Source: Negaprion brevirostris
Lineage: Eukaryota
DNA: 64,000 nt
NCBI GenBank assembly: GCA_030324005.1
Contig: JARDVH010000124.1
Coordinates: forward strand, 41,546,744-41,610,743
Direction of reading: 5' to 3'
Within the stretch, counting starts at the first letter, position 1. Each line of letters begins with the position of its first letter. The notes under the pieces were generated by a model that saw only the letters and a list, made by a program, of their open reading frames with translations, had not been told where the DNA came from and searched no databases. The translations under genes and the position numbers were made by a program. Shown piece after piece: positions 48,040 to 61,950 of this stretch.

Positions 48040-49560
48040 TATCTAATTGTGAGTGGAAGTTGAGGGAGCTCCATGAACCTCCCAGTGGATTCAACTCGAG
48101 TGCAAAATACAAGGCATTTGCACGATCTTCAGCCAGAACTGTCAATTGGATGATCCATTTCAGTGCCTCCTCCTGAGATCCACAACATCACAGATGCCAG
48201 TGTGCAGACAATTCAATCCAATTCAACTGATAAAGAAATAGCCAACCACACTGGATATAGGAAAGGTGACATCATCTCAGCTTTAGCTGAAGTCTTAAGC
48301 TCCAAAAGAAATCACATCTTCAACCAAACTATTCGAGTACAGTTACAATAGTGTAAAATTGCCCAGCTATGACTGTCCATGAAAAAGAACAGGACAAATT
48401 CAATCCAGTCAATTACTGCTCCAGTCTACTCTTCAAAGTGATAAAGGTGTTGTTAACATACTTGGTTACTAAATAGCCTGCCTCGCATATGCTCAGTTTG
48501 AGTTCTGCACAATTCATTACAATTTTGGATCAAAAAATGAACAAAGGAGCTTAATTCCAGGGATGAGAGAGATATTGCCCTCAACATCAAGGCAATGTTT
48601 GACGAGTATCACATCAAGGAGTCGCAGCAAAATTAGGTCAATGACAATGACAATCAGGGAGAAAACCACCTCACCGACTGGATCGCACATAGCACAAAAT
48701 AAAATGGTTGTGGGCTCACCTTAGTATTTGGGGTTGTATCCAAAGCCCCACCATCTTAATGGTCATTTCTTTGTCATAAAGGCAGAAGTGGTAATGTTTA
48801 TTGATGACTGCAGTGTTCCGGTGCATTGAGAATGCCTCAGGAAATTAAGTAGTTAAGTATGCCGGTAGAAAGATCTAGACAGTCAGGCTTGGCTGTTAAC
48901 CAACTCCCCCTGACATTCAATAGTATTACAGCTGAATGCCCTACCAACATCTTTAGGGTCAACATTGACCAAAATCTTAAATCGGACTAGCCACATAAGC
49001 AGATAAGGGGCTGGGTATTCGACAGATCGTGATTCAGCTTCCAACTTCCTAAAGCCTTTCCACCATCTACAAGGACCAATTCAGAAGTATGATGGGATAC
49101 TTCCAACTGCTTGGATGAGTTCAGCTTCAGCACTAAAGCTGCTTGGATACCATTCAAACTGGCTAATTTGAATGACACCCATCCACCACCGTAAATATTC
49201 ACTCCCTCTACCATTAATGAACAGCAGCAGCATACATCATTTAAAAGATGCACTACAACAAATTGCCAAGGTTCCTTTAACAGCACCTTCTAAACCCATA
49301 ACTGCTACCACCTCGAAGAACAAGGGCAGCAGGCACACAGGGACACCACCGCCTGCAGATTCTTGGCTAGGATTCACATCAACCTGACTTTGAAATATTT
49401 CACTGCTCCTTCATTGTTGCTGGGTCAAAATTGAAAACTCCTGTACTACCTATATAACATTAATTTCAGCAGTTCAAGGTTATGGCTTATCACTATCTTA
49501 TCACAGGCAACAATTGCTGACCTTGCCAGCAATGCCTACATGCCATGAATGAATAAAAAA
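48040..49560 (+). mobile_element. Decayed L2 LINE (RT to 3' tail)
   Basis: Remnants of NPVNY, ALNIKAMFDRV.HQG and MFIDDC; tail atgaatgaataaaaaa. Confidence 0.75.
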
Positions 49561-50924
49561 TTGGGTACCAGCTCTTCAGCATTCTGGCTAGAATGTGTAA
49601 TTTGACCCAGACCAGAGAACAGGCAGGTAGTACAACATTCAAGCTGTACTCGATAATGCAGNNNNNNNNNNCTCAAGTTCAAGCACTGCCAGTGCTCCCC
49701 ACTGTTTTGGCAACACAGCACTAACATTTCCAAAGTTCAGACAAAATACAATGTATGGTGATAATGCCAACAATCGTGTTGTCACCATCCTATCCTAGGA
49801 ACCACCTCAGTCCAGAGTGCCTACTTATCCTTTACTTGAAACGCAACTCTGGGTGCCAAGAGGCCTTTTCCTCCTGATGATTTTTGCCAAATTATCACTT
49901 CCCAACTATACATGTAGACACAACTTTCTTATTCTTTCTTGCTGACTCTGTCAAGGGCACAAATTTGAGTATATCAAACACTAGAATAGCTGCTTTTAAC
50001 AAGCTGTGTGCTTGCAACTCTGCTACAATTTAAAGATAAACTACTTTAGTTGTATAATTGAAGCGGTATAATCAGTAGTCAGTCTCGGAAGTGAAATCAA
50101 TAGATTCTGGGTTCCTAAAGGTTACATGAAATCATGTGAACCATGTGGTTCTGTGTTGCAACAATTGATTGGACTACTTCAGGTGTATAATTGCAGTGCT
50201 ATCTACCTCAGTTAGTGATACCTAATCATAACTAATGCAGTCTCCTTTGTTTGGTGCCTTATATCTAGTGCATGTTTAGGGTTTTGCTCCACGTACTAGC
50301 CACCAACCATCTGCCCCACCCTCGCAACCTTTGTACCTACGCAGCCAAAAGAATACAGGTGGTATGAGAGAAGGATTTCTGTACACAAGCACAAAGCAGG
50401 CCATGCCAAACATGCTGCAGCTTTACATGCAACCAAGGGCATTGGGAATACATGGCAAAAAGCTCAACATGTAGCAGAAGACTGGACACATTTTGAATCT
50501 TTCCAAACGTGTTGCAGCAAAAAGTCACCCGTTTTTACTATGCAGCAATACATTTTAAATGGCACAAATCTAGATTTTGATAAAACATAACTGATAAGTT
50601 AGATTCCATACCTACATTATGCTCACGAAGTTGATATTTGCTACTGTTTCCTCTCTCTTGTACAATTATGACTTCTATGTGGCTAAATGTGTGACTAAAC
50701 TGCACACAAAAAAATGTTCCAACAAAACATAAGCAACATTCATCAAACACAGATGTGACCAAGACCCATAAGCTTTTACTGGATTATGCTCAACCTATTG
50801 CATACAGTAAACCAAAATTCACCAATAGTCCGGCATTAGTCTATCACTGTACCAGACTTTATAATGTAGGTGCTGGAAAGTTGGCTAGATCCAACACTAT
50901 TAAAGCCAGGATTTTGTCAGTCTC

Positions 50925-51230
50925 TGTCAACAGCACCTTCCAAACTCAATCTCTACCACGTAGAAGGACACCAGCAGCAGTCTTATGGGAACACCAGCTA
51001 CCTGCAAGTTCCTCTCCAAGCCACTCATCATTCTGACCTGAGGCATACCCGCATTCCTTCACTGTTCCCTGATCAAAATCCAAGAACTCACTTTCTAACA
51101 GCGCTGTGGGTGTACCTACATCATATGGAACTGCAGTAGTTGAAGACAGCTCACCACCATTGGCTCAAGGGCAATTAACAATGAGCAATACATTTTGGCT
51201 TTGCCAGTAACACACTTCCCAATAAATGAA
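50925..51230 (+). mobile_element. L2 LINE 3' end
   Basis: cagcaccttccaaac...gcagtagttgaagacagctcaccacc, shared with other L2 ends. Confidence 0.72.
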
Positions 51231-51339
51231 AACTAATATTAAAAATCTCCAATCATGTTTCGCAAAATCAATTGAACTTCTTCAGAAATCAGAAAAAGGA
51301 AATGCCATTTCACTACCACTGTAGTGGGCCAGATCTCTA

Positions 51340-51593
51340 GAATCCGTCGAAGAAGAAATAGCGAGACACCTAGAAAAGAACGGTTTGATCAAGCAGACGC
51401 AGCACGGATTCGTGAAGGGGAAGTCGCGTTTAACAAATTTATTGGATTTCTATGAGGATGTGACTAGTGCGGTAGACAGAGGGAAACCGGTGGATGTGGT
51501 GGTTTTAGATTTCCAGAAGGCGTTTGATAAGGTGCCTCACAAAAGGTTGCTGCAAAAGGTTAGGGTGCACAGAGTTGGGGGTAAGGTGTTAGC
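51340..51593 (+). mobile_element. Young CR1 RT fragment running into N-gap
   Basis: Open frame QHGFVKGKSRLTNLLDFYEDVTSAVDRGKPVDVVVLDFQKAFDKVPH with many intact CpGs. Confidence 0.92.
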
Positions 51594-51693
51594 NNNNNNN
51601 NNNNNNNNNNNNNNNNNNNNNNNNNNNNNNNNNNNNNNNNNNNNNNNNNNNNNNNNNNNNNNNNNNNNNNNNNNNNNNNNNNNNNNNNNNNNN

Positions 51694-52318
51694 CTACTTT
51701 GATGGAGACGAAGTAGAAAGGGTCCAGAACTTAAAGTTTTTAGGTGTCCAAATCACCAACTACCTGTTCTGGTCCTGCCATACTGGCTCTATAGTAAAGA
51801 AAGCCCACCAAAGCCCCTACTTTCTCAGAAGACTAAGGAAATTTGGTATGTCAGCTGCAACTCTCACCAACTTTTACAGGTGCATCATAGAAAACATTCT
51901 TTCTGATTGTATCACAGCTTGGTATGGCTCCTGCTCTGCACAGCACAAGATTGCAAGAAACTACAAAAGGTTGTGAATGTAGTCCAATCCATCACACAAA
52001 CTAGCCTCCCATCCATTGGCTCTGTCTACACTTCCTGTTGCCAGCGTAATTCAGAACCCCATGCATCTCGGACATTCTCTCTTCCACCTTCTTCCTTCGG
52101 GAGAAAGATACAAAAGTCTGAGGTCACGTGTGAACCAACTCAAGAACAGCTTCATCCCTGCTGCTGTCAGACTTTTGACAGGAGTTAACTTGGGTTAAGT
52201 TGATTTTTCTCTACACCTAGCTATAACTAACACTACATTCTGCACTCTCATTTCCTTCTCTATGAACAGTATGTTTTGTCTGTATGTTAGTACATGACAA
52301 TAATAAACCAAATCAAAG
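51694..52318 (+). mobile_element. Rex1/Babar-like LINE 3' portion
   Basis: Collinear with 38520-39160; LFHLLPSGERYKSLRSRVNQLKNSF. Confidence 0.88.
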
Positions 52319-53369
52319 ATTCAATAAGGTTAAAAAAATACATGGCTTTCCATTCAGTTGCAGTGGGTTTTCCCCCCTAGGGCAACTTTCTCAAAATCAA
52401 TGTAACCAGCACAAAAGATTATGAAATTTTAGGCACAAATTACTTTAAATGGAAGTCGATTTCCCACAAATTTTTTTACATTCAGTTAAAACATCATGGC
52501 AGAAGCTAATGTCACTGACAACAGGCCATGCAAGCAGCCAGGATAGATCAAGCTTTACCAATTTACTGTTGTTAAAAATTAAAGATCTTTCAAAAAAAAT
52601 TTAAAATGTATTGGCTCACAGCAAATTGAGTTTGTGGATAAGCAAAGGATGAGTAGAAATGAAAAGGCCCCACTCCAAACTGGTAGACTTTGTGCTCAAC
52701 TGTACTTAATGTGGAAACTTCTTGCCACTGCCCTTAATGTCTCTGCCATTAATCATCGATAAAATAGAAACATGCGGATAACACTAGGAACCTTCCCACC
52801 GATGAGGATAAGTGATCTGGAACCAATTTACAGCATAGGAATTAACACGCAACACACGGAGTGAATCGTTGCAGTGAAAGGAAATCAGCTGATACTATCT
52901 TGCACCACTGGTTTCAAATAAGTCAACCCTTGTAATCATGTGAAAGAATCAACTATTCAAGTGCAACACAAGGTTACTGTGGAAGAAGTGCTATGCACAT
53001 TGGCACTCAATTTCTACTGTTTCTTTAGCTTTGGTTTTTTAGATGCACATCAAATCGTGTAGTTTGTTTTCATTTTACCCAATAATTCTGCTCCTTTCCC
53101 AATGATTTTGTTAACTCAAGGCATCAAATTGACAATTTTAAACTTTTCATGCTTCAAGTTTCTACCGATACAAATTTTTGTTAACAATCGTACTCATCAT
53201 TTATTTACATTTGTCATTGCTACAGCAGATCACAGATTTTGCAATGGAACTAAGTGTTATCACTGAAGTCTACCTACCAAAGGCCAGGCTGCAAACGTAA
53301 TAGTTTTAATCTAAAGAGCTATCTTCTGCACAACACATTGGTACACTTGGAATTTTGTTAAATGCATAC

Positions 53370-53493
53370 CTGCTGAATTGTTTTGGAATCCTTCTGTGAA
53401 TTTTCCCTTGGTGGGATTTTTCCAAATAATTTCCAGCCAGGAGCACTAAGAGCAGAAGGAATGGGTTCCTTTGTCTTCTTGGTAAAGAAACTT
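53370..53493 (-). CDS. TBC1D12: TBC1D12 coding exon 2 (124 nt): [41 protein letters not shown]
   Basis: Acceptor tttgtttctcag, donor CAG|gtatgc; [15 protein letters not shown] motif typical of TBC1D12/14. Confidence 0.92.
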
Positions 53494-55284
53494 CTGAGAA
53501 ACAAAAGTAATGAAACACCAATCAGAGACTTCATTCACCCCAGAAAAAAAACCACTGGCAAGCATTTCAGATTTGTTCCCTATTAACAAACATGGAAGGC
53601 AAAATCAAATTGTTTCACAATTCTGCAGTATCAACTTATGTCTCCTCTAAATAACGGATTTATGTTAGTCTACGTCTTCGACCCCACCACTGACACATGT
53701 CATGAGTATAAATTTAAGATCACTGATTTAAGATTATACTTTTAAGGAAATCTAAAGATATCAAAGATTTAGTGGAGTTTTTTGCTAACTGTTTGCAGAG
53801 GTCACATAACAAGGAAAAACAAACCAACAGAGCAGTTCAATTTAGTGAAGACAAAATTCCACTTCAATATGAAATTTATTTTGATCAAATAAGACTCTCC
53901 TCCAAAGCACGGAGTCTAAATCTTGCATTACTCCGGGTAGCCGGTATCAATGAATTTGGACATCAGCTAGAGAATGTTATTCTGTTTGTAATCAGGATCT
54001 GAGCTCTCTGAATAATTAAAAAATGAGGAATAATTTGACAGGAAAGAGCAAATATTATCTTATTGACTGCAGACCCTGTGTGGGTGAAGACCAACAGAGT
54101 TCATCAACAGTTGCAATATTTTCAAAGTTGCAGACATTCACAAGTCAATGTGGTCAACTACATATGAAACATAAATTCATGTTTAAGACGAGTAACAAGG
54201 TAAATAGTGCTGTAATTGTGTTCAAGTGTGCCTTCATTTGACCATAAAGACATACAAACATGCTTATACAAAGTGAAATATACATGCTTTACTTCTAATA
54301 GTAATGCCTATCATTTAGAAGTTCTAAGTTTTTTGTGCACATGCATCAACAACTCACTTTGCTATATAATTTCAATCAAACACTCGATCTACCAGACAAT
54401 CAGATCTACAGTAGCTTTTAAACATAGGATGTTTCATTCCAAATGAATACTGTAATTATTACAGAACTGGAATGAAAAAGGAAACCAAAGCAGCATAAGG
54501 AGCAGTTAACATCAATACACCCTACAAATGTGAAACAATACAAAAATTCTGTCATAGCCCTCAAAAAGGTACAGCTTACAATCTAATTAGAGCTTTCTGC
54601 TACAGCGTCACCAAGCCATTTTAAATTTCATTTGCTTGATATCCATTTCAGGATTCTTAAATATAAAGGAAACTGCTCAAAAGACTTATAAAAATGCACA
54701 GCATGGGATGGATAAGATAGGCAGGAAAGTTTCACTTTGCCATAGCTCAATTTGACCAATGCCGTTCCCAATGTGATAAATTTAAAGTGAACTTGCATTT
54801 ACATAACAAATTTATATTTCCAAGAATTTCACTCAAATGAACTACTTTGAGCTGTATTATTCACTATGATGACATATGCCACAACCAACCTGCACACAAC
54901 AACATTTCAGGAGTAAAAACCAGATATTTTGGTCCCCAGCTACATGTACTGCACTAAATGAAGTGTTAGTCAAGATAATGGACTCAGTGCTTGGAATCAG
55001 GCTTTTACGCATGATCTTTTCAGTGGTGAGATTGCGATACAATGACCATACTTAGCCAGAGGTTTATTTTGGGGAGGAAGGGTGCATAAATATTCAGTTT
55101 AAGTCCCCATTCCTGAATACTCAATTTGTTGCTTATTGAAATTCTGCAACTGTTGACAAGATAATGATTGGCTTGATCACAATATCACAAGCAGAGTTTT
55201 TCCACCTTCACTGAATAATTTCAAAGTTCACTCTCCAGACTCTAAACTGTCAACTGAACAAGCTGCCATTATACATATACTTTA

Positions 55285-56580
55285 TCCTTTAAAGTGGATA
55301 AATCAAGAGGGTCAGAAATGTACAAGGCTGTTCAAAGAAGCCAGAGAGGAAACTATGGGGGTTCTGACCAGCATTTTCCAACCCTCACTGAGGTATCAGA
55401 GGATTGAAGTTTCACTAATCTTGTAGCTTTGTTTGAAAAGTGTGTGAGGGACAGAGCAAATAATTACAGGCCAGTCAGTCTGACCACTGCAGTGAATGAA
55501 TTATTGGAATCAGTTCTGAGGGAGACTTAGAAAGGCATGGATTAATCAATATCAGTAAGAATGAATTTAAGGGTAATGTCTAGTTAATTTCATTGGATTT
55601 TGAGAGGAAGGAACAATGAGAATTGATGGGATAGTGCAACTGATGTGATCTACATCGGTTTTAGCAACGCTTTTGACAACATCCCACATGGCAGGCTGGT
55701 TCAAAAAAAAAGCTTATGCATCCGAGGGAATGTAGCAAGCTGAATTCAAAATTGGTTCAGTGACAGGAAACAAAGGGTGATTGTTGACGGATGCTGTTGT
55801 GACTGGAAGGTTGTTTCCAGTAGGGGTCTGCAAAACTCAGTGTGCTACGTCTCCTACTTTGTATGGTATCCACTAATGGCTTGGATGTAAACGCAAGGAG
55901 AATGATCAAGTAGTTTACCAATGGCAGTAAAACTGGTCACATGATAGATTGCAAGGATTGTTGTAGATATCAATGGATTGGACAAAGACTGGCAAATGGA
56001 ATTCAGCACAAGTGTGAGGAAAGGTATTCAGTGAGGTCAAATAAGACAAAGGATTATACAATAAACAGGAGTGTACTGAGAGTAGAGGAAATGAGAGATG
56101 TTGGAATTTACGTCCACAGAGCTGTGACAGTAGCTTGGATAGGTTGAAGAGCATTTAGTAGCCAAGGCAGAGAATACAAGGGCATGAAGGTTACGCTGGA
56201 ACTATATAAAATATTAATTAGGCCACAACTTGAGCACTGTGCTGAATGGTCACCTCATTACAGAAAGGATGTCATTGCATTCGAGGGGTTACAGGAGAGA
56301 TTTATTAGTATGCTGCTGGGACTGGAAAATTGCAACAATGAGGAAAGATTGGATAGTTGGGGTTCTTCATGGTACAGAATAGGTTGAGGGGAGATTTGAT
56401 TGAAATGTACAAAATTGAGAGAGGCCTGATTGAGTGGATCAAAATGACCCATTTATGTTAGCAGAGTGGTCAATGACTGAGAGACATAGATTTAAAGTGA
56501 TGTAGAAAAATTAGAACAGAGACAAGGAAAAGAAAAATCAGGACTGTAGGGGTTTGGAACTCTCTGCCTGCAAGATCAGT
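55285..56580 (+). mobile_element. Decayed CR1 ORF2 (RT to C-terminus)
   Basis: NYRPVSLT, FSNAFDNIPHGRL and LYKILIRPQLEHCA.WSPHYRKD remnants with frameshifts. Confidence 0.85.
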
Positions 56581-56604
56581 TGTAGGTGCAGAAAGCTCAG
56601 TAGT

Positions 56605-57090
56605 TCCAGACTTGACTATTCTAACCAATTCTTGGCTGCCCTCCCAAAAATCTACTTTCCATAAACTTAGATATCATTCAAAGCTCTGCTGCCCATTTCT
56701 TACTCAGGCCCAGTTGTTCATCCATCAGCTGTTTTACTGACCAGTTCATAAACAACCAATCCCCTGTTAAAATTCTGATCCTGGTTTTCAAGTCGCCCCG
56801 TGGCCTCACCCTTACCTGTTACCTCCTCCAGTTCCACAACCCTAGACATTTGTGCAATATAATTCTGGTCTCAAACATCCCAAACTTTGATTACTCCACT
56901 GTTTGTGGTTGTACCTTCAGCTGTCAAAACCCTGGAGCTCTGAGTGCCCTTACAAAATCCCCCTCTTTCCTCTTAAAAGATAGTTCACTGACAAAGCTTT
57001 TAGACATCTGCCTCAAGTGACACAAAGGCATATTTTGTTTTATAGCACTCTTGAAGCACATTGCAACATTTTATTGTATTAGAAGCAATG
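56605..57090 (+). mobile_element. Decayed L2 ORF2 C-terminus
   Basis: RLDYSN..LAALP...IIQSSAA motif. Confidence 0.65.
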
Positions 57091-57319
57091 CATGAAAACA
57101 AGTAGTTAGCACCACAATTTGAATTCAGACCAGCCAGAACAGAACAAATCAAATTTATACAGTTTCCAGTAGAAAGTTTCAGCAATTGCTTAATTTTACG
57201 GTTCAGTCATACAGATTTTGTCTTTTGATTCTCTTCAAGCACAGAGTTTAATGAGGCAATTTATGGTCTACCTAATCCCTGNNNNNNNNNNAATAACCCA
57301 ATATACTTGTTGTCAATTC

Positions 57320-57712
57320 ATTGGATAGCATTCTCACCTCAGTCATAAACTTCAGAGTTCAAAATCCAGTACAGAATTTTAGCACTGATGTCAAGGGTCA
57401 TGTGAGTACTATATTATTAAAAGCCCTTTCTTTTGCTCAAGATGTTAAAGCAAGTTTTAATCTGCCCCCTTAGATGGGTAAAAGATCCACAACTATTTTA
57501 AGATGAGGTTTTTTGGCATCTTAGATATCATTTATCTGTCATAACCAAATACAGGTGTGCCATTTATTAAATGAATGGTTAGTGCAATCTCACTGCGCAC
57601 AAACCAGCCGCGATGATTATCTGCAAAATAGCAATGGGTTAAAGCTGGCTTTGAGATACGTTGGGACATCTGGAAGATATGCAACGCTCTACAGAAATAC
57701 AAATTCATTCTT
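57320..57712 (+). mobile_element. Decayed Deu-domain SINE
   Basis: gatgttaaagcaag...ctgcccccttagatgggtaaaagatcc...ctattt resembles the Deu core and 13030-13400. Confidence 0.55.
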
Positions 57713-58551
57713 TGGGCAGGCTCAGAGTTAAAGGATGAACATTTGTACATTTACCAGGAAAAACACTTCAGAATTATCCTGTAGGAGTCAGCACCTACAA
57801 AAAGGAAATAAAAAATGGAAAAAAAATTTCAAATTCTTCAATTTATTCATTGCCAAAATTCATTTTCAGCAGGTGGAAACAGTCCCATTTTGCAAAGCTC
57901 TTTTTTTTTTAAACTACATAGGGCTTACTGAATATCACAGGATTGCAAACTGAAACCGGATCCTTTTCCACTTAACCGAACAACCAAAACACTCCCTGGC
58001 CTGTCTTTCCAAAAAGCTGAGATAGTTGGAATATTCTGGTTGGGTGGCGGGCTTCTGTACAGGACTGAGCTGTAAATCCTATTTCAATACAGCAATGTTT
58101 AATTTTGTTTTTAATTGCCCCACTATTGATGGCTATATTTTTGACTGCTAAGGCCCCATGAGCACTAGAATGCTCATCCTAAACATCATTTTCCTTTTTC
58201 AAGATGCTCCTAATACATACCTCTGACTAAACTTTTGATTATCTTTCCTAATATCTCCTTGTGATTTGATGTCAAATTTTGAGATGCAATGCTCCTGTGA
58301 AACACCTTGGGATGTTTTGTTACATTAATGGAACTATACAAAGGCAACTTGTTAAACAATGAAGATGAACATTCACACTAAGTTCAGGAATCAGCAAGTG
58401 AAATAAGCAGTACTTAGAGGCCAAGGTGAGCACATAATTGCAGCTTACTTGATAAGAGGTATTAAGGTCTGAGTAGAATATTTACCCAATACATTATCTT
58501 TTCACCTTTGGAGCAGCTCAGACCAATGGGTTTAAGTTGTCAGAAATAGCA

Positions 58552-60130
58552 TGTATACATACGCGTGTATCCGAAAAATTTCAGAAATCAATTTTTAGGT
58601 TAAAGTTCATGAAGCTGGCTTTGTTTTTTTAAAACATGGGTAATGGTTTGAGGGATTGATTTGTGCCCCAAAAAAGTAAAACAGCAATACGACTGAGCTT
58701 ATTCTCTACTATTTATTTATTTTCTAACATTACAAACTATGTGTGGTACATTTTAGCCAACACAATGCAACATAATCAAATAACTACAACACTTCAATTG
58801 AAGTCCTTTGAAATCACTCTGAACACCATATGAATCACCAATTTGTCCCGAGAGCCTGGCTGTATAATCTTTTTATGGATTTCATCTTAATCATAGTCAT
58901 TGGTATTACCAGTAACTGTGCTATCATTCCACAAGGAATTGTCCCAAGTAGTGGTGAATGCATACCATGTTCCACATTTTGGAAATTACTTTTTTGGACA
59001 AAATTGGGATCAAGTTTATTCCATGCAGTTTTAGCCCATTGGCACAATGTTGCTAGTGTGGGCAGTCACATACCTGCACCTTTATGACTGTTTTTTGCCT
59101 TCCAACATTCAGTTGTTCCACATCTTTCGGGTACTGTTCTCAAGTTGTTTATTTATTCACAGGTCTAAGGGCTGAACAACACTTGAGACCTTTTGGAATA
59201 ACTGCCACATGGCTGTTGGTTGATTTCACATCACAAACTATATCAATAAGGTGGGACTGGAATAAGCCCCAAATGAGCAAAACTTTGTCTTTGCTCAGGT
59301 CAGTCTGGCCTCATATTCCACATTTTGATCCATTTCCTGCAGCCATCTTCATCAATCCAGACTCTCTCATGAACATGAATGACAATACCTTTCTGAAATT
59401 TCTCTTTGGGGAGAGTTTTGCCCTTGAATATCACCAGTTTTAATTTTATGTCATCGGCCATACAAGATGGAACTACTATGAACTGGTTTCCTGTGCCAAT
59501 CATCTTCACAAGGACAGATTTTTTACCAGTCTTAGTAATTATCTTGTTTGCCTACATATTAAAACTCAGTGCTTCATTCACATTACCAATGCAGGTTAAT
59601 CGTTATGCATTCTGCTCTCAATGTCAGATGATAAAATGGTGGAATTTGATATTATACCCAAGAGTCCAAATGGCAGATGTGGTGAAATTTTTGTTTGCTG
59701 ATAGAATACTAACTGTCGCTTTTCATGTACCTTGTGCATCACCTAGCACTAGCCTCAAATTCTGAAATGCCATTTTCCTTCACTTCTCTGATGGCATAGA
59801 GTTGGAGGGCTCTGCAGATCAAAATGACCATTTGGTCGCTACTGCTTAATCCATTCTGTCAATATTTTCTCCAGTTTAAACTGAACTGTGTACCTGTTAT
59901 TCTTTCTTGAAGGCGTTGTGAAAGATTGCGTAGCACATAATAATCTGTTGATTGGTTGGGAGATTGCTGCTACAATTAGCAGATGGGAAGTCTAAAGACT
60001 CCCGTGAGTGCTTTTAAATTAATGAAGCATAGTAATTGTCAGCAAGTAAGAAATAATCAAAATGCTGTTTAATCCTATAAAACAAAAGTCGACATTTACA
60101 TGAGACCGACTTTTATATGTGTACACACGA
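58552..60130 (-). mobile_element. Decayed pogo/Tigger-family DNA transposon (DDE_1 transposase fossil)
   Basis: ORF 59300-59509 IVVPSCMADDIKLKLVIFKGKTLPKEKFQKGIVIHVHERVWIDEDGCRKWI resembles pogo DDE transposases; only degenerate TIR-like ends. Confidence 0.75.
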
Positions 60131-61029
60131 TACAGCCCTACCATTAGGCATCATCAGCTAAAGTGTTAATGCAATGCTTTTGGTCAGAATAGGATGCAAA
60201 GCAATTTTTCCCTTTCAGTTAAAACCAGCTGTTTACTGCAAGCATCGTGTGTTCATATTTTAGGTTTCTAACATTTGCAGCTTTTGCTACTGCTGTAAAA
60301 GTCACATGAGAAATAAAATCAAAATGAAAAACTACCCAGTCTGAACTAGACATTGCAATGATTGCTGCTCGGGAAATTCCTATTCGTCAAGTTACCAGGT
60401 AGTTTTCTAAAATGAATTGCTGCAGCCAAGTCAAACTATAGCTCAGCTGGAGATTTCTAATTTTATTCACCAGCTCGTAAAGCTGAAACAGAAGCATTTC
60501 CCTCCCCATCACTGGAAAGTCGCCCAAAAACATATGGATAACAATTCTCAATGTAGTGGGGCTAGTCAAGAGAGTTCACTTTTGATACTTGCATTTATTT
60601 ATCTAAATGGAACTTAAAAAGTTACATTTCTTTGCTTTTTAAAATATTTCCACATCAAGAAGAGTGCATAAATAATTTGTGCCCTACAGTACTTCATTCA
60701 TTCAAACAAATACTGATCAAATTATATATTTTTCCCCATACTGATTACGTGCGTTGCTGCAGCCATGTTTCACATTCAATGCCAGTGTCTCACTTGCACT
60801 GTTAATTACAGTATACCTGTTTCCTACCTGTAAATGTGTTGTACAATGTGTACTTAATGCTTTAGATATGACTTTGTAAGACAGTATCCTACCCATAGAG
60901 GAAAAGATGTCTTTTGTAATGGCATCCCCAATTCTTTGTATCATTCTGTCTTTGTTCCAGCCTTCCAGGTCTTTCGCTCTGGTGGTTACACTTTTATTAT
61001 TGCCTCTCTATTTGTTTTTAAGAGTACAT

Positions 61030-61950
61030 TAATGCTCTAGATGTGAATATGCGGTGTATGATTAGTAAGTTAGCAAATAACATGAAAATTGGTGGTACAG
61101 TAAACAGCAAGGAGGAAAGCCTTAGATTATATGGTGATAAAGATGGGCTGGTCAAATGGGCAGAACAGTGGCAAATTGGATTTAACCCTGAAGTATGATG
61201 CATTTTGGGAGGGCTAACAGAACAAAAGAATACACAGTGAATGGCAGGATACTAGAAGTACAACGGCGCAGAAGTATCTTGGGATTCACGTCCAAAGATC
61301 CCTGAAGGCATCAAGAAAGGTAGATAATGTGGTTAAGAATATATGTGGGATACTTGCCTTTGTTAGCCAAGGCATACAGTTCAAGAGCAGGGAGGTTATG
61401 CTGGGGCTAAATAAAACTTGTTAGGCCAAAGCTAAAGTACTAAGAGATCTGGTTGCAACACTGTAGGAAGTATGTGATTGCATTGGAAAGGGTGCAGGAG
61501 AGATTCATCACGATAAAGCTCCGGGCTGGAGATCTTCTACTATGAAGCTGGCTGGTTGTGCAGAGTCTGTTTTCCTTAGAACATAAAAGGCTGAGGCAGG
61601 GAGGGGGATATAATTGAGGTGTACAAAATTATGAGGGACACATCAGAAAAAGAAACATTTCCCTTTAATTAGAGAGGTGAATAACCAGGGGGCATAGATT
61701 TAAGGTAAGGGGAAGGAGAAGAGGAGATTTGAGGAAAAAGCTTTTTCATCCCGAGACTGATGGGAATCTGGAACTCACTACCTGAAAAGGTGGCTGGGGC
61801 AGGAACCTTAACATTTAAGGAGCATTTAGATGAACACTTGAAATGCCTACCATGCCAGGCTACGGACAAAGTGCTAGAAAATGGGATTAGAACAGATAGG
61901 TGCTAGGTGGCCGGTGCAGACACATTGGGCCTCTATGCTGTATGACTATG
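61030..61950 (+). mobile_element. 5'-truncated CR1 LINE
   Basis: ISKLANNMKIGG..DKDGLVKWAEQWQIGFNPE through to the 3' tail tgctgtatgactatga. Confidence 0.85.

Larger units (their letters stand above)
5450..53493 (-). other. TBC1D12: TBC1D12 gene body (exon 2 to 3'UTR; exon 1 outside window to the right)
   Basis: Spliced minus-strand exons give a continuous TBC Rab-GAP protein with IKLDISRT (Arg finger) and YVQGMS (Gln finger). The C-terminus VFASLMKENKEAEKNHCPALKS* resembles TBC1D12 (..PALKS) rather than the paralogue TBC1D14. Confidence 0.92.
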
